The notes beneath the pieces were generated by a model. It was not told the DNA's origin and made no database searches. It saw only the letters and a list, made by a program, of their open reading frames with translations. A stretch of DNA of 51,797 bases, counting the filler, from Piptocephalis cylindrospora (Eukaryota), in assembly GCA_003614145.1 (NCBI GenBank). It is 2 parts of 2 records of this genome, joined end to end, with 100 filler letters (N's around TTAATTAATTAA, not from the genome) between each part and the next. Parts side by side here need not be neighbours in the genome. Positions count along the whole stretch, not along the records: positions 1 to 25,866 come from KZ987774.1; positions 25,967 to 51,797 come from KZ987775.1. One strand, given 5' to 3'. A program made the position numbers and the translations under genes. Of the stretch, positions 24,740 to 34,640 are shown in pieces (the stretch's first letter is position 1; each line of letters opens with the position of its first letter).

Positions 24740-25385
24740 CACCAACACCGAGAGAGTGGGCCTCGTTGAGTTTCCCGGCCTAGTCCAGTGGACCTCCGGT
24801 ACCTAGTTCCCCCCGAGGGAAAGAATATAGGACCATTGGGACACTGGGTAGGTCCGAGCGATCGCATTTCTGGAATCACTACAACCATGGCTTGATCCAC
24901 TTATCCCTCCGCAAGGACACCCACCCTTCGGCTCCGAGGCATGAGCTCTTGGTGCCCGATCCCGCCCTTTGCTCCACACGAGGTAAAGCAGAAGAGTAAC
25001 GGGGTCGGGTCAAGGGCTCATACTCCGTCTTTGCCATGAAGGAATGGTACAGGGGATCAAGGACGTCGGTCACCGACCGGCATTTCTGCCATCCAGCCCT
25101 CGCCCCACCAACGGCATTCATGTCTGCCATCCAACCCGGAGCGGGAGGAGGAAGAAACGATGTACACGAGGGAAGGGGAAGGCTGGGCGGAGCAGGGTGG
25201 TTCGAGGACTTTCCCTAGAGGTATACGGTAAAACGGACACCATCCTCCCTACCATCCCATCCAACATCACCCTCCGGCCCGTCAGGGTGTGGGAGGGTGA
25301 TGTTGGATGTGTATGGGTGGAGGGGGGATGGGCCATTCGTGGGTGGTTCTCTAATAGGTACAGCGATCCTTCTCGGGTGTGGGTG
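24740..25385 (-). ncRNA. NME1: RNase MRP RNA
   Basis: CR-I GGGAAAGTCCTC (25215-25204) and CR-V AACGAGGCCCACT (24767-24755) form P4. The termini pair as P1 (CACCCACACCCGAGA with TCTCGGTGTTGGTG). P2 is GTACCTA (25361-25355) with TAGGTAC (24805-24799). P3 is closed by TAGAG/CTCTA. P8 is GGCA-GAAA-TGCC (25090-25079). A P19-like hairpin lies between P2 and CR-V. Confidence 0.85.
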
Positions 25386-25446
25386 AAGACAAGAGAAGGA
25401 GAAAAGGGGGCTTTGGGTCTTAGTAGAAGCGGGCGGGATGGGGGCT

Positions 25447-25453
25447 CTTTATA
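25447..25453 (-). promoter_or_regulatory. TATA box upstream of the RNase MRP RNA
   Basis: TATAAAG about 60-65 nt upstream of the predicted P1 5' strand. Confidence 0.5.
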
Positions 25454-25866
25454 CCTTTTTGTTGCCACAGACTCCAAGATTCTTTTTTTCACCGCCAGTT
25501 TTTCCGACACTAGCTGTGGTGGTGATTGGCAGGGGGAAGGTTTTCTCGCTCTCCCTCCGCTCTTTTTTCTCTTTCTCTCTCTGCGCGTCAGGGGATGGGT
25601 AACGTGTTGTACTTGCCCTGAATGGTTCTTTGCCCAGCATCTCTCCTTCCTCACGCTCACACACACATACGTGCCTGTCTACAGAAGAGGTGTCTCCGCC
25701 TTTCTCCCCAACACCACCATTCCTTATCTTCCACGTAGGCAGGGAATTTGACTTGAAAATCCTTTTTATTTTACCCATTTTGGCAAACAAAACAGCATAC
25801 CACACATAGGCAGGGGATTGAATTATACATTGTGTGTATTATCGGTTTGGCCAAATTTGCCCTAAT

Positions 25867-25966
25867 NNNNNNNNNNNNNNNNNNNNNNNNNNNNNNNNNN
25901 NNNNNNNNNNTTAATTAATTAANNNNNNNNNNNNNNNNNNNNNNNNNNNNNNNNNNNNNNNNNNNN
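25867..25966. other. Artificial contig-join spacer
   Basis: N44-TTAATTAATTAA-N44, exactly 100 nt, with stop codons in all six frames. Confidence 0.97.
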
Positions 25967-25967
25967 A

Positions 25968-27081
25968 AGAAAGGGGCTAATTCGCCATGGATGCACGGCC
26001 ATTTGCCCTACCATCGTTAGTTCCCATGCTAAGGTGTACGAGGATCGCCGAAAAATCCTAGTACCAAGTCCAGGGTCTCTCAGTGGGGGAGCTGCCATAC
26101 TGGGCCTGCACTTAGAGGGTCCATTTATTTCTGATGATCGTAGTGGTGCCCATGAAACCTCCACCTTGCAGGATCGGATCGATGGCGGTATCGGGGGGCT
26201 CGAGGCTGTGTATGGACCGCTTAAGAAGAAGGATGGTCAGGATGAAAACCCTGTTCGTATAATGACCATCGCTCCCGAACTCCCTGGAGCACTGGATACC
26301 ATTCCACAGCTCATCAAGGAGGGAATTGTGGTGAGTCAAGGTAAGTTGAAATGCTTGAGGTTTTGGTGGGAGAGGAACGGGAAGCCAAATGGCAGTCGTC
26401 TTATATTCTCCCCTCCTATTCCCTAATTTGGCCACCTATCCAACTTAATTAGGCCATTCTATGGCTAACATCTCCCAGGCAGAAGAGGCTGTGCAAAAGG
26501 GCGCGACCCTGATCACTCATCTCTTTAATGCTATGCACCCATTCCACCACCGGGATCCAGGGATTATTGGTCTCCTGGGTGCAACGGATCTGGAAGGAGG
26601 GAAGGAGGCTTTGGATGCCCAGCATCATAGAGTCCACCGACCTTACTATGGGATCATTGCGGATGGGGTCCATAGCCATCCCAATTCGATTCGCATGGCC
26701 TATTCTACCCATCCTCATGGGCTCATCCTGGTTACGGATGCCCTCGCCCCAATGGGGCTCGCCTCAGGTCAGTATCGTCTGGGGGAGATGGATATTACCA
26801 AGTCAGAGCACGATGCCAGGGTCACGGGCACAGATACTCTGGCTGGAAGTGTTATCACTCTGGCACAGTGCGTGAGGAATTTTCGGGCCTTTACAGGATC
26901 CACGCACTCTCAGGCTCTTCTCGGGGCCACCTTGAATCCCGCCAGGGTCCTTGGAATCGAGCATGAACGGGGCAACCTCGTGGGAGGGGCAGTAGCTGAT
27001 TTACTCTTCCTCGACGATGATCTCCAGATCAAGCGTGTCTTTATCCACGGTCAAGAGACGGATGTGGAGGACGGGGCATGA
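25968..27081 (+). CDS. DAC1: N-acetylglucosamine-6-phosphate deacetylase, 5' truncated by the gap (intron 26341-26452)
   Basis: GCTAICPTIVSS, GLHLEGPFIS, TIAPE, SQGHS, THLFNAM, IADGVHSHP, LVTDA, TLAGS and NPARVLG. Confidence 0.93.
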
Positions 27082-27736
27082 TAATTCCAAGTTCTTGCCT
27101 TACTGCGTTTTCGCACGTCTCTTTCTGATCTATTCGTTGCTCTCTCCATTCTCGCTTTGTTGACCGCTCCTTCCATGGGCATTGAAACGAGGAGGGTCTC
27201 TGCATTCTACAGTGGAATAGATACTTGGGCCAGCGTGGCCCCGGGAGCTCTTTTCTTCCCATGCCCAGTATAACGGGGGCTTTTAATGGTCTAAGAGCAT
27301 ATGTGCGTATCTCTATAATGGTATGGTTCATAAAGCGGTTTTGACCTAGCAACGATGTCTATCAAGGGAGGCAAGGGTGCTGAGCGGCATGACCGATCCG
27401 TGCCGCACAGCATGACTTGCCTAGGGACGCACGTGATAACTCCGACACAAGATCCTTCTTTCTGGCACTGTGAAGGGCGGGGGTGGGGTGAAGTGGATGG
27501 GCCTATGGAGGGATGGCTGATGCTCCTTTATTGCAGGAAGACACCGCCAGACTGGAAGGGGTGAGGCCCTTGATCCCAGGGTGAGGAAGCTTTAGTCAGG
27601 GAGAGGAGAGGGAGTGTGGGCGTGTATATATAAAGGGGAAAGGGTGGTATGAGAGACAACCATTCCAGATCCCTTGTGCCATCACCCTCCTTTTTCTCTA
27701 GTAATACTCTTCTCTTTGCTCCGTTCTCGCTTTCAT

Positions 27737-30600
27737 ATGTTTCGACACCTCCTTGCCTCCTTCCTCTCCCCTCCAACATCACCTACCACATCCCCACAGG
27801 AGAGGCCTGAGGAAGAGGATCAAGGTCAGGATGAGGCCGAGGTCGAAAGGATCATAGAGGGGCTACGACCCACCGTACCAGGGTTGTCACGGTTACCCGG
27901 TCAGGTGGGCCACTTGGTCTCTTGTGTCCAAGACCAACTTGGGGCACCCCTTCATTCCCACCTGAATACCCGTAGGGGGAGACCGGAGAGAAAGACCCCC
28001 TCCATACCTGTATCTAGCCATGAGATCGATTGGGGTAGGGGAGGAGTACGTACCCACTTGACCCACCTCACGAGTCTACCCACGGGGGAAGAGGATGGGA
28101 CGTTTCTGGCCTTATCAGTTCATCCATCCCAGCTGGTCTGTGCCATTGTCACCCTATTTGGTGGGGGAGAAGTGGAGGCTCGGCGGATGACTCGACCCCT
28201 CTACCCCGGGGCATATGGGGAGGATGGACGGCTCGTATGGGACTGTGCATCCCTGGTTGAGGAGATGCTTCGAGAGGCTGGAGATCTCATGCTAAGTAGC
28301 CTTCATCTTGGTGTGACCTGGGCCATTCCTTCGACTGGCCCTAAGGGAGAATCTCGGATGGGAGATCCAGAGGAGGGGGAGGAGGAAGATATTGCCAAGG
28401 ACCCAAGAATCCAAAGAGCTGCCGGAAATGCAGGGTACCGGGTACTTTCTGCCCTTCAACATGCCCTGGATACTCGGGTACGTTGTATTGAGATGGGGGA
28501 GCATGGACCGTTTTAACTCGTATTTATTGTTATCATCCCTAGGGGCTGAATGTTAAGGTGGTGGCTATGATACCAACAGCCGTATCTCTCCTCATGACCC
28601 AGGCTTACAGAAACTCCTCTAATCTCTCCAAACTTCCTTATGCCCCGGTATTGGCTGCGCTGGATGTGGGAGAGAGGGGGAAAACCCCATGTATAGCTTA
28701 CTTGGAGAGTACGTGGAGGATGGGTGAGTTGGGGATTGAAGAGTCAATACCTCTCTCCTCTCCTCCCTATCCTTCCTTGAACCATCTTACGTACGGGTCC
28801 GATGATCAAGGAAGGGGAGGGGATGGTCGTGGGTATTTACACGCTCTTGCGCCTGGGATGATCCGTAGCGATGGAGTTCCTTCTCCCGTGAAGACGGGGT
28901 ACATGGTGGTCACGGTGGAGGACAGAGAGGAAGATGTGGATGAAGAGGAAGAAGGAGGGAGTGAATGGAGGGTGGGGGAAGGGGATGTTGGATCAGTGTG
29001 TAGTAAGATCCTTGGGGACTTGACATTATCTGGAGATCTTCTGTGTCGTCGTCTACCCTGCCCCCAGACACCACGTCTATCCCGTGGGGACATTATTGCC
29101 ATTGCCATGTAAGTTATTGAGGAGAAAGGTGGAGTATACGGGGAGATGCAGCCTCACACTCTTCTTTACCCTCGCAGGGATAGGACAAGGGGAATGGAGG
29201 GGGTGTCGGGGGTGTTACAAAGACGATTTCACCTGGAGCGTGGATCGAATATCTCAAGGCATGATCTTCTCGTGGTCAAAGAAGCGTGTACTCTATCAGC
29301 CTATCGAGTGGCTAGATCCTTGGCCATTAGAATATCCCTGATTGTGGAATTGCTTGAGGCAGGGGGCCAACTTCATTTGGTCTCTATTCCCTCACAATAC
29401 TCCATTACCTCTTCCCCCTCCTCCTCATTTTCCTCCTCCTTAACCGAGGATCATGTCTCTTCCCTGTACCTGACCACTCGCGGAGGTATTCACTTCCCTG
29501 GACATGGCCAAGGGGAACTGTCCATGCAATCAAATAATTCTGCTCTTCCTGAAGAGGATGAGGGGACAAGGGGAAGGCCTCGGTGGAGGGTGGGTCCCAA
29601 GAGGGAAGGGCAGGGCTGGAGACCTACACGAAGTCGATGGTATGGGTCATCCGCGGCGACCTCAGCCATCAGCCTTGTCTCCACCACGTCCAGCGCTGAA
29701 GCCCGTGTGATGGATGCATTAAGCACGGAATCCCTCTCCATGGGCCTGACCATGCCCTCCCAGACCATTCTTACCCAAATTTCCCATACGGCTACCTTTC
29801 ACACCGCAGCTTTCGATCAAGAAGATGCCTATTCCGCAGATCCAAGCGATTGCGAGGATGAAGGGATGAGTCAAGTGTTATCACCCGAGTTCATGAACCA
29901 ATTGGATCGGGAAGAGGATGAAGGAAGGAAAGAGGATGAAGAAAGGGAAGGGGATGAAAGAAGGGAAGGAGAGGAAGAAGAGGAAGGAAGGGAAGAAGAG
30001 GAAGGAAGGGAAGAGAAGGAAAAAGACCAAAGGGAGGAGAAAAGAGGATCATCGTCGTCTTTTCCGGGATGGGAAGATGAAGATAATTTACTGATCATGG
30101 AGGGGGAGTCGGCTATTGTTCCGGAAGAGCCCTCTATTCTGGATGAGGAGCTTCCTTTTACGTTGAATCAGGATGAGGATGAGGAAGAATCAAGACCATC
30201 CCTAGTGGTGGACATGGAAACCTTCGGTGGTGAGATTGTTAAGGGAAAAAAGCCACCTCCACTTCTGATTACCCCAATGATCCCAAGGTATGAAGAAGGA
30301 GAGGAGGTGGAGGCCTCCAGAGGCATGTTTCCCATGGGGCCCTCCAGCGCAGAGATGACACCATCGGCGGTAGGTGGAGATGAGGAGCTGGAGCCGTTTG
30401 AGGCCCTGACGGTATCAGTGAGTGGGCTGGTCCTAGCCTCCTATCCCAACATGTCCGGGATGCTTCGAGAGGGGATGAGGGGAGCTTTGGGGGCGCATCG
30501 GGCACGGGCAGTTCGAGTTGAAGAGTGTGGAGGGGTGGATGGATGCGTCGGAGCAGCGATTGTGGTGATGTTGTGTGTGACCTCTCCAACGGATGCTTGA
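27737..30600 (+). CDS. Hexokinase-fold protein with degenerate catalytic motifs, ~909 aa (exons 27737-28477, 28543-29108, 29178-30600)
   Basis: Colinear hexokinase-like segments: TSLPTGEEDGTFLAL, LHLGVTWAIP, LQHALDTRGLNVKVVAM, VVKEACTLSAYRVARSLA, TVSVSGLVLASYPNM and DGCVGAAIV. Two GT-AG introns give one open frame. Confidence 0.8.
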
Positions 30601-31022
30601 TGGGGGACCAGGGTGGTGTGTATATGTATCTTTTAGTCGTATGGAGCGTTACGTCCATTTGATGGGGATCACAGTGACTGGGATATGGGGGAAATGATGA
30701 ATGGTGATGGGTGGCCTCTGATTTGCGCCACCGCTCCCCCCACGGGGAAAGTGCTGATCGCGGAGTGCATGACTGACAATGTGGTGGGAGAGAGGTGCAA
30801 GAGACACACACATACACATACACACACACAAAGGGGATGGGCCACCTGGGATGCCAAGGGGAGGTTGGCGTCAACTCCGACCAGTGACCACTTTGCTTTC
30901 CTTACCTATCCTTACCTCAGCTCGGCTCAGCTCACCTCACTTCCGTACACCTCACTCTTTCCTTCCTCTCACTGTTTATTGCCTCCTCTGATCTCCTCCT
31001 CTCCCCATCCCCTACCTGCAGC

Positions 31023-32183
31023 ATGTTTCAACCGCAATCTATCTTGGAGACAGAAGGAAGCAAGGAGCCAGGGTTTGAATTAGAGGGATATTTACCTGAT
31101 TCCCAGGGTCTTTCAGGTAAGGGATGGAGAGTATATTGGATCGTGCTACGACGCATATTTCATCATTCACCTATCCACCCTTCCATGTCAGCCACGATTC
31201 TTTCCTCCCCTCAATCTATTAGCCCGCCTCTAGGGTATAAAGAGGAAATGATGCACTCGGAGGGGGTATCTGAAGAGGAAATGCAAATTGAAGAGGTGGA
31301 AGAGGAGGAAGAGGAAGAGGAGGAGGAAGAAACCGTGTCGTGGGTGACGTGGTTCTGCTCCTTACCGGAGAACGAATATCTGGTAGAAGTGAGTGAGGAG
31401 TTTCTCGAGGATGACTTTAACCTCAACAACCTGTCAGATCATCTTCCCCAGTACCACGATGCCCTGGAGATGATCCTGGACTTGTATCCTGATGGACCTA
31501 GTGCGACAGTGGATGAGATTACTACCGTCGAGGCCCAAGCCGAGAGCTTATACCACATGATCCATGCCAGGTATCTTCAGTCGCGAGCAGGCTTGGAGCA
31601 TTTTCGACCTTTGTACCTTTCGGGAAAGTATGGGACGTGTCCACGGGTGCTGTGCCGAGGCATTTCCCTCCTTCCCGCTGGGTATATGGATCCGACCTCA
31701 AAGGTGGAGTTAGTTAAACTCTATTGTCCTCACTGTGGAGATCTTTATCAGCCACCTCAGCGATTTCGACGACTTGACGGTAAGATAGGAAGATTGTGAG
31801 TGAGGGGTAGGAGAAGCATGAAGGATGACTTATTTTGTGGCTTGGATGACGGAGTAGGAACAGCCTTTGGGTCAAGTTTCCCCCACATCTTCCTTCAGGC
31901 CTACCCGGGACTTCGGGAGGCGGCGATTCCAAAGACATGTATGCCACTAAGGGCCAGAGAAGGGGAGGAGGGATATGTAGGGAGAATCTATGGATTTCGC
32001 ATCTCTCCAAAATCCCCCACGGCCAGTCAGCGATCCTGGATGAGGACTCATCTTTCCATCCGAACGGCCGATCTGTTGTGGGATTTGTATTCGGATGAAG
32101 AGGTGGAGGAAGAAGAGGAAGAAGAGGAAGAGATGATTGAGGAAGAGGTGGAGGATCTGATGGACATGATTCTTGAGGAGTGA
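31023..32183 (+). CDS. CKB1: Casein kinase II regulatory beta subunit (intron 31780-31857; probable in-frame intron 31117-31191)
   Basis: SWVTWFC, EEFLEDDFNL, ALEMILD, LYHMIHARY, zinc ribbon CPRVLC...YCPHC, DGTAFGSSFPH and RIYGFRI. CKB1 versus CKB2 is not resolved. Confidence 0.9.
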
Positions 32184-32387
32184 GATGTGATGAATGGGAG
32201 AGAGATGAAGATTCTCTCTCTCTCCCTCTGTGCGTGTGGGTATGTAGGGGTGTGTATTGAATCATGACTGCATGGGGTTTTTATTTCATAAGCGTATTGC
32301 ATGAAGATAATGAAAGAAAAGAAAAAAGAACCCCTTCACCTACATCCCATCCCAACAACCAAGGAAAAAAAAAGGGAAGGTGGATAT

Positions 32388-33781
32388 CTAATGACGAAGG
32401 GGCAGGGAGGAAAGGTCCAAGGGACGGACACTAGGGGTACCACTGGGATATACGAGAGACTCTGGACTAAAGTGTCTTGGGGGAGGAAAGGTGGTGGGGT
32501 TGGGAAAGTACCATCGACTTTGGGCCTGGGAGGAGGAAGCCTGGACACCGGGGGTCAAGGTGGGAGGAGGACCACCAGAAGTAAAGGCGCCCGACATATA
32601 AGGGTTATTTACCCCTTTGGAGGCCTGGGGTGGAGGTAATCGACCTATGGGGAAGGGGGGAGGGATGAGTATGGGTGGAGAGACAGTGAAAAACGAATGG
32701 ATTCATGTTGTCATCCACCAGACATACAATCACCCAGTCCATGCCGAGCGGATGGAAAGGATGTATTGCGTGATGTTGGAGATCCCACATGCTCCTATCC
32801 TCTACACCTATTTTTCTGTCATTGCCAACACTGAGATGGCATGAGCCACGGGGATTACGTACTGGATGGAGGGGGTGGGTGTCGAGTGGGAGGGCCCGAG
32901 GAAGGAGAGGCGCCCCCCCCAGAGGGGTGAGGAAGGGCTCGATGGGGAGGGGGGGGAGCAGGAGAGGTTGGGGTGGCGGAGTCACCGGAAGGGGGAATCT
33001 TCTTTCCTGGACGGGGAGGAGGAGGGGGTGGAGGTCCTTTTCTGCCCTTGAGACCCCCAGGAGCCACCGTAGGCTTCCTGGATGCTGGAGGGGGAGGCGG
33101 GGCAGCCTTACGGGGAGGAGGGGGGGGGTGGAGCGGCTCTGGAGGAGGGGGAGGCAGAGCTACGGGAGGGCAATGCTGGGGCAGGGGCTCTGGTAGGAGG
33201 GGCAGGAGCTCTAGGAGGTACAGCCGCCCTGGAAGGTACCGGAGCCCGGGGAGGCACGGCCCTTGATGGAGCAGTGGGGGAGGTAGGGATAGCTGGGGGG
33301 GAAGCTGGGGCGGGCACATGTCGAAGTTGAGGCCTAGGGACCGAGGGAGGGGAGGCCGGGTTGGGGGCTGGGGCCTGGACACCTCCAGGAGTCTTTCTTA
33401 GGGTGGGCATGCCATTGGCAAAGAGCCCACCCAGCCCAGGGCCGCCTCCACCACCACCGCCACCACCGCCTCCCATGGGGGGTGGAGGGGCAGCAGCTGA
33501 GCCAGAGGTTGAAGCAGATGCACCACCGCCGGATGCTGAGCCTATTTGTCAGAGTGAATAGGAAGTGAATATCTATAGTGGGGGTATTGATGTCCTCTCA
33601 TATTCCTATACTTACCTGAAACTATGGGCTTGGATCGGTCGTTGGTCACTGCCTTTTTCAATCGAGCTCCACCTTGAATCTGTGAGAGAAGAGCACCTCT
33701 TCCGGGGGCAGCAGCGGGTCTAGGGGCAGTGCCACCGCTTGATGGAGGTGGTGGAGGTGGGGGAGGAGGAGGGCCTGGCAT
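32388..33781 (-). CDS. VRP1: Verprolin/WIP (introns 33542-33615, 32645-32862; frame change at run 33120-33128)
   Basis: N-terminal poly-Pro, WH2 GRGALLSQIQGGARLKKAVTNDRS, second WH2-like LGGLFANGMPTLRK, a Pro-rich body, and a WASP-binding-like C-terminus RWYFP...FPPPRHF...YPSG...PLDLSSL. Confidence 0.88.
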
Positions 33782-34640
33782 TGGATCTTCAATAAGTAGT
33801 GGAAGGTGGGATGTGAGATGAAGAGAGTAGTTGGATGTAGGATGGGAAGTAGTTGGATGTAGGATGAGGTAAGGTGGATAGGTTGGTCCTTCCCAATCTA
33901 TCCTGGACCATCCCACACACCCAGGACATGTCAATCCATTTATAGTCTCCTCTGTTACTGGGTTCATCATCCTCATCGTCGTCTTGGGGATGGGGTTTGA
34001 GGGGAATAATGACACCCACACTCGCATCCGCATCCGCATCCACACAGCACACAGCAAGAATGTTCCGCCCATCTGTGTGTAATTTATTGGGTGAGTGTGA
34101 CACATTATCATCTTTCATGGAGATTGGGAGGATTGGTGGTGGAGTGTGTATCTGAAGATTGTCTCTGACGCTGATACTGACACTGACTTTGTCTCTGACC
34201 CTAGCACTATCTGCATGGTGAGGAAGTGGGGTCATACCATCTTTAAAGATATCTTGACATGCTCTCAAGGGAAGAGAGCGTTTTGTCACACACGGCTGTT
34301 CCTACCATTATTATTAGTAGTGTTGTTATTATTATTAATTTATACATCTATCCCCTTTGGGCTTTCTCGATAATAGGATAAGATAAAAGTAGCCATTTCT
34401 TAGATAGTATTGACTTGCTGGGATACGATGCATCTTATTGTAGACACTATTTCCGAGACCTCTTTTAAAGACTCGCCAATGGACCCACACACCTACATGC
34501 TTATGGATTCGCGGAGCTTATAAACTTTGCTCAGTCCAAGAAACATCCAGCGCTTGTTTACCTCTCTTTCTCCCTCTCTCTCTCCTCCTCCTCTTCCTTC
34601 AAGGCCAAGTAGAGGCCCTCTATTTCTCACTTCTCCCACC

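Noticed and set aside
24879..25751. ORFs 25044..25751(+), 25118..25666(-) and 24879..25130(-) as proteins
   Set aside because: No recognisable domains, and they overlap the structured RNA that explains the region better.
25867..25966. TTAATTAATTAA palindrome, and apparent linkage of the HMG/MRP region to DAC1
   Set aside because: It is an artificial spacer inside Ns, so adjacency across it is not evidence of linkage.
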